NCBI GenBank assembly: GCA_038139415.1 | Contig: JAYOSV010000001.1 | Location: forward strand, 1-26,399 | Reading direction: 5' to 3' | DNA length: 26,399 nt | Origin: Verrucomicrobiales bacterium | GTDB lineage: Bacteria > Verrucomicrobiota > Verrucomicrobiia > Limisphaerales > UBA1100 | Part shown: piece after piece, positions 11,018 to 20,138 of the stretch | Numbering within the stretch: position 1 is the stretch's first letter | Layout of the letters: the number at the start of each line of letters is the position of its first letter | Translations under genes and position numbers: made by a program | The notes under the pieces: generated by a model | Told to the model about the DNA's origin: nothing | Databases searched by the model: none | Seen by the model: the letters and a program-made list of their open reading frames with translations, nothing else

Positions 11018-11787
11018 GACTCTTCGGAAGGTTCCGATTCGATCTTCTCGCGCGTGGACAGCAAATACCACATCGTGCCGCCGGCAATCACCAGGATGAT
11101 GCTGATGCCTTGACCGGAGGTCAGAGTGCCAAACCACAAACTGCCTCGGCTGTCGGCTCGGAAGAATTCCATTGCAAAACGGAACACGGCATAGGCCATA
11201 AGATATGCTGCAAACACCTGTCCATTGAATTTGCGATTACGAAAAATCCACGCCAACCCGGCGTATAGGGCGAGGTTGAGTAGGCTTTCGTAAATCTGCG
11301 TGGGATGGACATGCGCGCCGTGCGTGCCGTGGGTCTCGGGAAATTGCACAGCCCACGGGAGGTCGCAGGGTTTGCCGTAACAACAGCCGGTCATAAAACA
11401 GCCGATGCGCCCGAAAGCATGGCCGAGCGCGAAACTGGGCGCCAGCGTATCGAAGGTCGCCCAAAGCGGCATTTTCGTTTTCCGCGTGAACAGCCAGACC
11501 GCCAGCGCGGTGCCAAAGAGCGCCCCGTGAAACACCATGCCGGAGCGCTGCATAAACAGATTCTTTAAGGAGTCATCGCCCCAGTGGTTGATGACGTACA
11601 ACATCTTGGCTCCGCCGATTCCGCCAATGAACATCCAGAGCATGAGATTCGAGATGTCTTCAGCATTCAGGCCGATGCGCAAGCCGCGCCGGCCGGCTGT
11701 CCACATCCCAATCATGAAGCCGGTGGCCAGCATAATGCCGTACCAATGGACCGTTATGCCGCTGAGATCAAACGCTACCGAATTCAC
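11014..11787 (-). CDS. lgt: Prolipoprotein diacylglyceryl transferase
   Basis: HWYG, GMVFHGA, GRIGCFMTGCCYG, HPTQIYE, RFAMEFFRAD; multiple transmembrane segments. Confidence 0.96.
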   Translation of the reverse strand: MNSVAFDLSGITVHWYGIMLATGFMIGMWTAGRRGLRIGLNAEDISNLMLWMFIGGIGGAKMLYVINHWGDDSLKNLFMQRSGMVFHGALFGTALAVWLFTRKTKMPLWATFDTLAPSFALGHAFGRIGCFMTGCCYGKPCDLPWAVQFPETHGTHGAHVHPTQIYESLLNLALYAGLAWIFRNRKFNGQVFAAYLMAYAVFRFAMEFFRADSRGSLWFGTLTSGQGISIILVIAGGTMWYLLSTREKIESEPSEES

Positions 11788-11793
11788 GTCCGC

Positions 11794-11822
11794 ACGGTAG
11801 GCGCGGGGCAGAGCGGAGGCAA
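11794..11822 (-). promoter_or_regulatory. Putative promoter of lgt-rluD (predicted leaderless)
   Basis: Minus strand TTGCCT(11822-11817)-N17-TACCGT(11799-11794)-N6-GTG(11787). Confidence 0.6.
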
Positions 11823-11833
11823 GTCCGGCTTAT

Positions 11834-11862
11834 TTGGCTTTTGATGTGGAACAATTTACGGT
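11834..11862 (+). promoter_or_regulatory. Putative promoter of glnD
   Basis: TTGGCT(11834-11839)-N17-TACGGT(11857-11862)-N11-ATG(11874); no Shine-Dalgarno sequence visible. Confidence 0.5.
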
Positions 11863-11873
11863 AACCACGCGCG

Positions 11874-14639
11874 ATGGCATCGTTGGTAGAGGCAGTACAG
11901 GCGCGGGCAGCAGAGCAGTTGACTTTGCCCGAGGGGGTCGAGCCATCCAAGGAACTGCCGCGCTTCAAACGGTTTCTTAAGGACGAATCTTCCCGCCTAA
12001 AAAAACTCCATCGAAGCGGCGGTCTGGGCCGTGAGGTGTGTCGGGCGCGGGCGGCGGTGATGGATGCCATCATCGCCCAATTATTCACCACGGCGGTGGA
12101 ACTGGCGCCATTGGGGGATTTGAAAAAGCGGCCGGCGATGGCGGTGATCGCTATCGGTGGTTATGGTCGGAAAGAACTGAATCCGCAGAGCGACATTGAC
12201 ATTCAGTTCCTGTGTGATGACCGATTGTGGAATGGGGCTAAGCCGCACGAATATCTGCAGAGTGTCACCGATGCCGTGCTCTACATGTTATGGGATTTGG
12301 GCCTGAAGATCGGGCACTCCGTGCGGCGCGTGCAGGATTGCGTGGAGGAGGCCAACAAGGATATGCAGTCCAAAACGGCTTTGATAGAATCCCGGTTGGT
12401 AGCCGGCGAGGCGGCTTTGTTTAGCCGGATGGAGCAGCAGGTGAACGACAAATGCGTGAAGCCGTTTGTCAACGAATACATTGCCCAACGCATCGAAGAT
12501 CAGTCGGCGCGCCGCCACAAATACGGCGGCGCGGTGACCATGCAGGAGCCGAACATCAAGAACAGCTGCGGCGGTCTGCGTGATTACCAGAATCTCCGCT
12601 GGATGATGCACTTCAAATGCGGCCTGCGGCTGGTTGAGGATCTGGAAACCGAAAAGCAAATCAGCAAAGCCGACGCGGAGAAACTGGAGGCGGCCTATTC
12701 GTTCCTGTTGCGCGCCCGCAACGAGCTGCATTATCAGCTCGAACGGCCGGTGGATGCGCTGCCCAAAGCCGTGCAGCCGAAGATCGCCTGGCAACTGGGC
12801 TACACCAACCGTTCCCCAGCAAAGCGGTTGGAAGCGTTCATGGGCGATTACTATCGGCACGCCCGCAACATTGATCTGATCGTACGCGCCATTGAACGGC
12901 GGTTGGCGATTGTGGAACTGCCCGGCTGGCAACAGGCCATCGGCCGCTGGATGCGCGGAAGCACCGAGCAAGTGATCGACGGCTTTCGGATTTCCGACGG
13001 CGAAATCAATTATGTGCAGCGTTCGGTGTTCAAGGACCAACCGCGCAAACTCATGCGAGTGTTTCTGCTATTGCAGCGCCACAGCGTGCGGTTGCATCCG
13101 GATTTGTCGCAGTTGATCCGCGACAATGCCTGGCGCATGGATCGCAAATTGCGCGTCGACCCGCATGTCCATGAGACATTCATGGAAATTCTCAATCAAC
13201 CCGGCGCGGTGGGGCATGTTCTGCGCCGGATGCACGAGCTGGATTTGCTTGGGCGTTTCCTGCCCGAATTCGGGCGGCTCACCTGCCTGGTGCAACACGA
13301 GTTCTTTCACCAGTACACTGTGGATGAACACACGCTGGTGTGCATCGAGAAACTCGATGGCCTCTGGGAAGGGCGTTGGGAGGGGTACCAGAAATACCGC
13401 GAGGTGTTCGAGGAAATCGATCGACCCTCCACCTTGTATCTCGCGTTGCTGCTACATGATGCCGGCAAAGGTATTGAGACCGACCGTCATGAACGCGAAG
13501 GCGAGCGGGTGGCCGATCACGTAGCGGACCGACTGGGTCTGGATGAAGCGGCGACCGACAGCCTCCTCTTGATCATCCGGCATCATCTCCTGATGGTGCA
13601 GGTGGCGCAGCGACGGGATCTGGAGGATCCGCAGGTGGTCCGGCAATTCGCCGAGACGTTGGAGACCGAGGAGAATCTGAACATGCTGATGCTCCACACG
13701 CTTGCCGATTCATTGGGGACTGCGGATAATTTGTGGAACGGGTTCAAGGACATCACGCAATGGACGTTGTACTGGAAGAGCCACGCGTTTTATCGGCAGG
13801 ACCCCGAGGCCGCACGGGCGGAAGAGGAGTACCGCGATGAAATTGAAGCCGAGACGCATAAGCTAATTGCCGGTCGCCTGCCCGATGAGGAAACCGAGGC
13901 GCACTTTGATAATCTGCCACCGCGGTATTTTCGGACTGTGCCTGCGGATGAAATCGTGGAGGACATCGAGCTGGTTCATGATTTTTTCAAACAGCAAGTT
14001 TTGCACGAAAACCGAATGTTGGATCCAGCGGTGATATGGAAGCGCGATCCGGATCGCGGCTGCTCCAATGTCGGCATTTGCACTTGGGATCGGCCGGGCT
14101 TGTTCAGTCGCGTGACCGGGGTGCTGGCTGAATGCGGATTTAATATTCTCAGTGCCCAAATTTTTACGCGGGAAGATTCCATTGTGATTGATCGATTCTT
14201 CCTGACGGATGGACGAACCGGCGGTCTGCCGGCGGCCGAACAACGAGAGCAGTTTGCTAGGCGATTGAATGAAGCTCTAAAATCCTTTGAGGATTTGGAT
14301 TTGGATTTTGCGCAACTGCCGAAATCCGGTGTGGAATATACCTCCCTCAGTGGGGAACGAATTCCCACTCGGATCTTTTTCGATAACCACGTTAGTGAAG
14401 AATTCACCGTGCTTGATCTCGAGGCCGAAGATCACATCGGCCTGCTGTATGCCGTGACGCACACCTTGACGGCGCTCGGTTTATCCATCGAGTTGGCCCG
14501 CATCAACACAGCCAAAGGCGGTGCCAATGACAGTTTTTACGTACTGGAAGAAAACGGCGCCAAGCTCGAAGACACTCTGCGTCAACAGTTTGTGGAGAGT
14601 ATGTTACGGCACGTGATCGCCGCGCTGCACGAGGCGTAG
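11874..14639 (+). CDS. glnD: Bifunctional [protein-PII] uridylyltransferase/uridylyl-removing enzyme
   Basis: Nucleotidyltransferase motif AIGGYGRKEL.PQSDID, EPNIK...GGLRD, HD domain (HQYTVDEHT...LLHDAGKG) and two ACT domains (DRPGLF, EDHIGLL); 921 aa. Confidence 0.96.
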   Translation: MASLVEAVQARAAEQLTLPEGVEPSKELPRFKRFLKDESSRLKKLHRSGGLGREVCRARAAVMDAIIAQLFTTAVELAPLGDLKKRPAMAVIAIGGYGRKELNPQSDIDIQFLCDDRLWNGAKPHEYLQSVTDAVLYMLWDLGLKIGHSVRRVQDCVEEANKDMQSKTALIESRLVAGEAALFSRMEQQVNDKCVKPFVNEYIAQRIEDQSARRHKYGGAVTMQEPNIKNSCGGLRDYQNLRWMMHFKCGLRLVEDLETEKQISKADAEKLEAAYSFLLRARNELHYQLERPVDALPKAVQPKIAWQLGYTNRSPAKRLEAFMGDYYRHARNIDLIVRAIERRLAIVELPGWQQAIGRWMRGSTEQVIDGFRISDGEINYVQRSVFKDQPRKLMRVFLLLQRHSVRLHPDLSQLIRDNAWRMDRKLRVDPHVHETFMEILNQPGAVGHVLRRMHELDLLGRFLPEFGRLTCLVQHEFFHQYTVDEHTLVCIEKLDGLWEGRWEGYQKYREVFEEIDRPSTLYLALLLHDAGKGIETDRHEREGERVADHVADRLGLDEAATDSLLLIIRHHLLMVQVAQRRDLEDPQVVRQFAETLETEENLNMLMLHTLADSLGTADNLWNGFKDITQWTLYWKSHAFYRQDPEAARAEEEYRDEIEAETHKLIAGRLPDEETEAHFDNLPPRYFRTVPADEIVEDIELVHDFFKQQVLHENRMLDPAVIWKRDPDRGCSNVGICTWDRPGLFSRVTGVLAECGFNILSAQIFTREDSIVIDRFFLTDGRTGGLPAAEQREQFARRLNEALKSFEDLDLDFAQLPKSGVEYTSLSGERIPTRIFFDNHVSEEFTVLDLEAEDHIGLLYAVTHTLTALGLSIELARINTAKGGANDSFYVLEENGAKLEDTLRQQFVESMLRHVIAALHEA

Positions 14640-15017
14640 TTACCCTTCAAGTACCGCCATGGCGGCAGCCTGGCCGTCGCTGTGGCTGAGGCTGATATGG
14701 ACGGCCTTGCCACCCAGTTCCATCAACAACACCTTCGCTTTGCCATGCAGTCGGACCATGGGCCGGCCGCGTTCGTGATGGACAATTTCCAGATCGTGCC
14801 AATTGAGCTTCTCCCCGATACCCGTGCCGAACGCCTTACTGACGGCTTCCTTGCCAGCGAAGCGCGCCGCGATACTGGGGGAAGGATCGGCTTGTTGCTG
14901 GCAATACGTGATCTCGTCAGGTCGAAGAAATTTGTTCAAAAATTTTACGCCCCATCGGGAATGGACGCGCCCAATGCGGGCGACGTCGATAATGTCGATG
15001 CCAGTGCCGAAAATCAT
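14640..15017 (-). CDS. acpS: Holo-[acyl-carrier-protein] synthase
   Basis: MIFGTGIDII, AARFAGKEAVSKAFGTGIG, GRP, HISLSH. ATGA overlap with the pdxJ stop. Confidence 0.96.
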   Translation of the reverse strand: MIFGTGIDIIDVARIGRVHSRWGVKFLNKFLRPDEITYCQQQADPSPSIAARFAGKEAVSKAFGTGIGEKLNWHDLEIVHHERGRPMVRLHGKAKVLLMELGGKAVHISLSHSDGQAAAMAVLEG

Positions 15018-15757
15018 CTGCTTCGATACCCTTTCATGAGGCGAAGCATTTCTTTCACGGCTTTGACTAGCCCCTCTTCAACGGATCGGCTGATGATGCT
15101 ATGGCCAATGTTCAACTCTTCCAAATGCGGCACGGCGTGGAGGGTTGGGAGATTCTCGTAGTTCAATCCGTGGCCGGCATTTACCCGCAAGCCAAGCGAG
15201 TGGGCGTGTTCGGCGGCGGCGATTAACCGATTCAATTCCCGCCGCCGGTTTCGGGCGTTGCCGTAGTGCTCGGCGAACTGTCCGGTGTGCAGCTCGACAA
15301 ACTGAGCGCCTGCTTCCGCGGCGGCATCTACCTGTCGGGCGTCCGGATTGATAAACAGGCTCACCTCAATCTTCGCCCGACCCATGCGCTTGCAGATGCC
15401 CTTGATCGCGGTCAGTTGCCGGGCCACTTCCAGTCCGCCTTCGGTGGTGACTTCCTGACGTTTCTCTGGAACCAAGCAGACGATGTCCGGCTTCAGCTTC
15501 AGTGCGAACCGGACAATCTCCGGCGCAATCGCCATTTCGAGATTTAGCCGGGTACCAATGCGGCGGCGTAAGGCGCGCACATCGGCGTCCTGAATATGAC
15601 GACGATCCTCCCGCAGATGAGCGGTGATGCCGTGGGCGCCGGCCGCTTCACAAGTCAGGGCCGCCTCCACGGGGCACGGTTCGCCGGCGGTTTGGCCGCG
15701 ATACCGCGCCTCCCGCAAGGTGGCCACATGGTCAATATTCACACCCAGCTTGAGCAC
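15014..15757 (-). CDS. pdxJ: Pyridoxine 5'-phosphate synthase
   Basis: LGVNIDHVATLREAR, HLREDRRHI, LVPEKRQEVTTEGGL, ELHTG, NAGHGL, ELNIGHSII. Confidence 0.98.
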   Translation of the reverse strand: MLKLGVNIDHVATLREARYRGQTAGEPCPVEAALTCEAAGAHGITAHLREDRRHIQDADVRALRRRIGTRLNLEMAIAPEIVRFALKLKPDIVCLVPEKRQEVTTEGGLEVARQLTAIKGICKRMGRAKIEVSLFINPDARQVDAAAEAGAQFVELHTGQFAEHYGNARNRRRELNRLIAAAEHAHSLGLRVNAGHGLNYENLPTLHAVPHLEELNIGHSIISRSVEEGLVKAVKEMLRLMKGYRSR

Positions 15758-15763
15758 AGGCGC

Positions 15764-15813
15764 ACGCTACGCAAAATTACTCAGCTTGCCAAACACATCC
15801 TTAATGCTAGGGT
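15764..15813. promoter_or_regulatory. Overlapping divergent promoters of pdxJ and comEC
   Basis: Minus strand: TTGGCA(15792-15787)-N17-TAGCGT(15769-15764)-N6-GTG. Plus strand: TTGCCA(15786-15791)-N16-TAGGGT(15808-15813)-N7-ATG. Confidence 0.6.
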
Positions 15814-15820
15814 TTAATAC

Positions 15821-18259
15821 ATGAACCATCCAGCCTTGCGTGTCGCTGGGTATTATCTTGGGGGCGTATTGGTGGGCAACGAAACAGGGCTTTCGGTTCA
15901 TTGGCTATGGGGGGGTGTTATCGGCTTGGTTGTGGGATGGGGTTGGTGTTGGTGGATGTACCGGTTGTGTTCCTTAGCCTTGTGGCATTCGGAATTGTGT
16001 CATGAACAGTTGGCTGGCTGGGGAGCGCAGGGAGCGGAATTGGGGCGTGGAGTCTGTTGGCGATTGGCGGTTTTCCTGTTGGGGTGGGCGAATTATATGG
16101 GGCATACCACGCCCTCATCCTTGAACGATCTGCGGCATTGGGTGCCGGAAACTGGGGTCATTGCGCGGGTAGAAGGCACGATTCTTTCCTCGCCTAGTAT
16201 TCAAAGAACTGGCCATGGGGAGCGTCTTCAAGTGTTGATGGAGATTCAACGAGCTCAAACCAACGGGGTTTGGCGATCAGCTGCTGGAAGGGTGATGGTA
16301 TCGGGCACGAATTCCTTGAGTGGTACAATCTCCAAAGGGAAACGTGTGAGGGTGGACGGCGTATTGGCCCGGCCTCTGCATGCCGCGGCTCCGGGCTTCT
16401 TTGATCGCAAGCAGCAATTGGCAAGGCGGGCTATCTACTATGAATTGCAAACCGATGCATTGACGGAGTGGACGGTGACGCCTTCGGTCAAGATACTTTC
16501 GTGGAGTGAACGGTTTCAGGCGTGGGGGCGCGCAACCTTGGGGCGCGGATTGCCAGAAAATGATCCAGCCGTGGAGTTGCTGTGTGCTATGGCGTTGGGA
16601 TGGCGCACGGGGTTGACGAGGGAAGTGGCAGCTCCGTTCATGCAATCGGGAACAATGCACTTGTTTGCCATCTCGGGGCTCCACGTGGCGTTGGTGGCTG
16701 GAATCATGTTGGGGCTGCTGCGTGTGTGTCGTTTCCGGCGACAGGGCGCGGCGGCGATGGTGATTCCGTTGTTGTGGTTTTACGCCGGGGCAACGGGATG
16801 GCAACCATCGGCCGTCCGGGCGACAGTAATGATGACGCTGCTTTTGGGTGGGTGGTTGCTCAAACGGCCGGTGAATGTGTTAAACTCGTTGGGGTTGGCG
16901 GCGTTCTTGATTCTCTTATGGGATCCTCAGCAAATCTTTCGCGCAAGCTTTCAACTTTCGTTTGTTGTTGTGTTCAGCCTGGCTTGCGTGGTGCCGCCGG
17001 TGGCGCTATGGCTGGAGAATCAGGCGCGGCCGGATCCCTATTTGCCGAGGCTGTTGTGGTCCCGTTGGCAGCTGGGATTATTCGAGGCCTCCCGTTGGTT
17101 GCTGGGAGCCTTGGCCGTTTCGGCTGGAGCCTGGCTGGCGTCGATGCCGTTGGTGGCGCATCATTTCAACCTCTTCAACCCAGTAGCGTTGTTGGCTAAT
17201 GTGCCGGTGGTGGTGTGTGGTATGGCGGCCTTGGTAAGTTGTCTCGGGAGTTTGCTGCTGGGTTTTTGGTCGGAGCCGGTTTCCATTTGGTTCAATCACG
17301 CTGCGTGGTTTTTCATGAACGCTATGATGGCGATCAGCTAATGGGCGGCAGAGTTGCCAAGGGGATGGCAGTACGTTCGCTCGCCTCAAGAATGGATGAT
17401 GGTGGGTTGGTACTGCTTGTTGTTTGGATTGGGAATAGGCTGGGTATGGCGTTCATTGAAACGGTCGTGGGTGTTTCTGGGGGTGGGGGTGTTTGCCGGC
17501 CTACTGTTGTTGGCATGGCAGAAAGATCGGTCGGCGGTGCGCATGACCTTCCTCCCTCAAGGGCCCGTAGTGCATGTAGAAGGGGAAGGACTGTTGGTCG
17601 ATTGCGGGAATGAATGGGTAGCCAAAATAGTGGTGCCGCGGCAATTGCGCGTGCGAGGGGTGGATGCGCTGGATCGATGTATTGTCAGCCATCTGGTGAC
17701 GCATCATGCAGGAGGATTGCCGGTGTTGAAGGAATCGTATTCGCTTCGCCAGATATACCGAACCCAGGCTCGTAGTTCATCTCCGATTGGTAAACAGGTG
17801 ATTGGCTTGGAGTTGGTGGCGGGTGATCGGGTGGGGCGTTGGGATGTGATCCATCCGGCACAGGGAGAAGATTTCCCGCGCAGTACGGATGATGCGCTGG
17901 TGTTGCGTGGTAAATTTCACGGGATGACCGTACTACTACTGTCGGATTTGGGGCATGACGGCCGACAGGCGTTGATGCGCAAAGACGTGGATTTCCAGGC
18001 GGATGTATTGGCTTTATCTGTGCCGGATCGCAGTCTGCCATTGGATTTGGGATTTCTCAACGCGGTGACCCCAAAGGTGATTGTGGTGCAGGATTGTCGG
18101 TTCCCCGTGACCGAACGAGCGTCAGCTCCGTGGTTGGCGAGCTTGCGGGAAAGCGGAGCGATCGTCCTGAGCGTAAGGGAGTTGGGCGGAATACGCCTGA
18201 CGGTTGAGCCTGTAGGGTGGCGATTGGAGAATGCCGAGGGCGTTTTATTTTCTCAATGA
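15821..18259 (+). pseudogene. comEC: ComEC/Rec2 DNA-uptake channel interrupted by an in-frame TAA at 17339-17341
   Basis: Competence-domain motifs HLFAISGLHV, SAVRA, SFQLSF, LLAN. ORFs 15821-17341 and 17354-18259 share one frame (ATC AGC TAA TGG GCG GCA GAG TTG CCA). The downstream part carries a degenerate metallo-beta-lactamase-like domain (LLVDCG, SHLVTHHAGG). Confidence 0.85.
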
Positions 18260-19837
18260 CGCCAGGCCAAGGCCGAGGAAGCCAAGGCTGTTCATGAGTA
18301 GGAAAGCGGCGGCGAGGATAGTGAGACCTTCAGGCTTGGGGGCGCGGAGGCTGGTGACGCCGCCTTCGGAGCCTCGGGCGATGTTGTAGCAAATCATTTC
18401 CCGACTGTTTCGGAGGTACAAGCGACCGCCGGCGAGGGTGGGGTTGTTCCAGGTCTTGCCGGTCAATGACGGTAGCCGTGCGATTTCCTGATGGCCGTTG
18501 GGGGAGGCGGTGGCCAAAGCAATGTCGCCTGTTTCACATTGGATGACGAGGTGGCCCTGGGCGAGGAGGAGCTGGCCATGGCCGTAGTTATTGCCGCGCC
18601 ACACTTCCTTGCCGGTGGCGGCTTCGAGGCAGACGAGGTGCGCGACGTCATCGCTGTCGCCGTCGTCTAATCCGTACAAATGGCCTTCATGGAGCACGGA
18701 ACTGGTGAATTTGTTTTTCAGGTGCTTGTTCTCCCAGATGAGCTCGGCTTTGATCGCACCATCTTCCTCGGTGAATTTAATCAAGCCGCAGCCGTGTCCG
18801 TAGCCACCGCTGACGAATAGATGCTGTTCATCGATCACCACGGGCTGGGAGATGTTGTTGTTGTAGTTGATGTTCCATGGAACGGACCACAAGAGGCTGC
18901 CGTCTTCCAGAGATCGACCCTGCATCTCGCGGGCGGCTCCAAGGATGATTTGTTTTTGGCCGGCCAACGTCGCGGTGAAGGGGGACATGTAGGCCTGATT
19001 TTCGGCTTCGGCTTCCCAAAGAAGATCGCCGGACAGTTTATCGAGGGCCACCAAGGTGGATTTGCCGCGCGCCCGCACGCCGGTGGTGATGATCAGGGCG
19101 TTACCTTCCACCCAGGGCGAAGCGCATGTGCCGAACATCAGATTACGGGTTTCAAAGCGTTCATGAATGTTCAGGTGCCAAAGCAGTTTGCCAGTCACAG
19201 CATCGAGGCAATGGAGCTGACCTTCGGCACCGAGGGTGTAAAGCCGGCCATCATCGTAGGTGGGCCCGGTGCGCGGGCCTACGCCGCCCATGTGATAGGC
19301 GTCATCAAATTCACCCTCATATTGATGCCGCCAAAGCCCGCGGCCGTCAGTGAGGTTGTAGCAGGTGACCACCTCGCCGCGATCCCATTGCTCCAGCGTG
19401 AAGAGTCGGCCCTTGGCGATGGTGATGCTGGAGTGTCCGCCGCCGACCACTGTTTTCCAAATTTGTTTGGGCGGCGAGTTGTCCCAGTCCGTGCGAATGG
19501 CCGGGCCGGAGTACACCCCATCGCGTTGGGCGCCGCGGTAGCCGGGCCAGAACGCAGGGTCGTTCTCGTTGGGTTTGCGGTCCGAATAAGCCCAGTTGGC
19601 ATCGGAAGGCGCGGTCTGCATCCAGCGCAGACCGCCGGGAACGCCACGCCCATCCCAGTCCAGCCGTATCCAGCCCGCAGCCCAGAGAATCCCCAGGCCG
19701 ACCAGTAACTGAACACCGGTAAGGATCAATAAAATGATTTTTTTACCGAGAGAATCCGCAATAGTAAACAGGCCGTAGATCGGGGACAGGTAACAGATCA
19801 AACGCGGCGAGGGGGAACTGGGTTGGTCGTCACTCAC
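18245..19837 (-). CDS. PQQ-binding-like (BamB-like) beta-propeller protein with N- and C-terminal membrane helices
   Basis: WPGYRGAQRDG, repeated xDAxTGKxxW blades, GPRTGPT, TWNNPTLAGGRLYLRN. The start is reassigned to GTG 19837 (residue 48 of the track ORF) because a promoter lies directly upstream. Confidence 0.88.
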   Translation of the reverse strand: MSDDQPSSPSPRLICYLSPIYGLFTIADSLGKKIILLILTGVQLLVGLGILWAAGWIRLDWDGRGVPGGLRWMQTAPSDANWAYSDRKPNENDPAFWPGYRGAQRDGVYSGPAIRTDWDNSPPKQIWKTVVGGGHSSITIAKGRLFTLEQWDRGEVVTCYNLTDGRGLWRHQYEGEFDDAYHMGGVGPRTGPTYDDGRLYTLGAEGQLHCLDAVTGKLLWHLNIHERFETRNLMFGTCASPWVEGNALIITTGVRARGKSTLVALDKLSGDLLWEAEAENQAYMSPFTATLAGQKQIILGAAREMQGRSLEDGSLLWSVPWNINYNNNISQPVVIDEQHLFVSGGYGHGCGLIKFTEEDGAIKAELIWENKHLKNKFTSSVLHEGHLYGLDDGDSDDVAHLVCLEAATGKEVWRGNNYGHGQLLLAQGHLVIQCETGDIALATASPNGHQEIARLPSLTGKTWNNPTLAGGRLYLRNSREMICYNIARGSEGGVTSLRAPKPEGLTILAAAFLLMNSLGFLGLGLASLRK

Positions 19838-19844
19838 GGGGCGG

Positions 19845-19872
19845 AGTGTATCGGGCCGGCGGCACAGGGCAA
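19845..19872 (-). promoter_or_regulatory. Putative promoter of the beta-propeller gene (predicted leaderless)
   Basis: Minus strand TTGCCC(19872-19867)-N16-TACACT(19850-19845)-N7-GTG(19837). Confidence 0.6.
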
Positions 19873-19886
19873 CTTTTGGTTTCACA

Positions 19887-20036
19887 CGGCGTGTTCTGGG
19901 TACGGTCTGGCGGGATTTGGTGCTGTTGAGCTGGCGAGTGGATTCGGCGTTGCTGGTCCCGCATGTGCCGGCGGGCACGGATCTGGATGTGGCGGCACTT
20001 ACGGGTAAACCTAATTCGGGGGTGAACGCCGATTGA
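19887..20036 (+). pseudogene. Remnant resembling the N-terminus of a DUF2071/YqjF-family gene
   Basis: The + frame reads RRVLGTVWRDLVLLSWRVDSALLVPHVPAGTDLDVAALTGKPNSGVNAD*. This matches the recalled DUF2071 pattern W+DL....W.VDP..L...VP.G..LD, but has no proper start and only about 50 codons. Confidence 0.55.
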
Positions 20037-20070
20037 TTAGGGGTTGAGGTGTTTTCGGTGGAAATGATTT

Positions 20071-20129
20071 AACCATAGAGAGCGCAGAGTTTATAAGAGG
20101 ATATCTCTGTGTTTTCTGTGCCTCTGTGG
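20071..20129. repeat. REP-like imperfect palindrome built from CACAGAG/CTCTGTG units
   Basis: CCATAGAGAGCGCAGAG(20073-20089) can pair with TTCTGTGCCTCTGTGG(20114-20129) as a 16-bp stem with G-U pairs and one bulge. Three TCTGTG units are spaced 9 and 8 nt apart. It lies 9 nt beyond the stop of the DUF1501 operon. Confidence 0.6.
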
Positions 20130-20138
20130 AGGATGGGT

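Noticed and set aside
7533..15757. Gene clusters pgk-tpiA-secG (without gap), lgt-rluD and pdxJ-acpS, and glnD without a neighbouring PII gene
   Set aside because: These are ordinary housekeeping arrangements; the missing partners are commonly encoded elsewhere.
19823..20008. Gly/Cys-rich 61-aa ORF as a RiPP precursor
   Set aside because: No modification enzymes lie nearby, it overlaps the propeller gene start and promoter, and another frame of the same DNA is better explained as a DUF2071-like relic.
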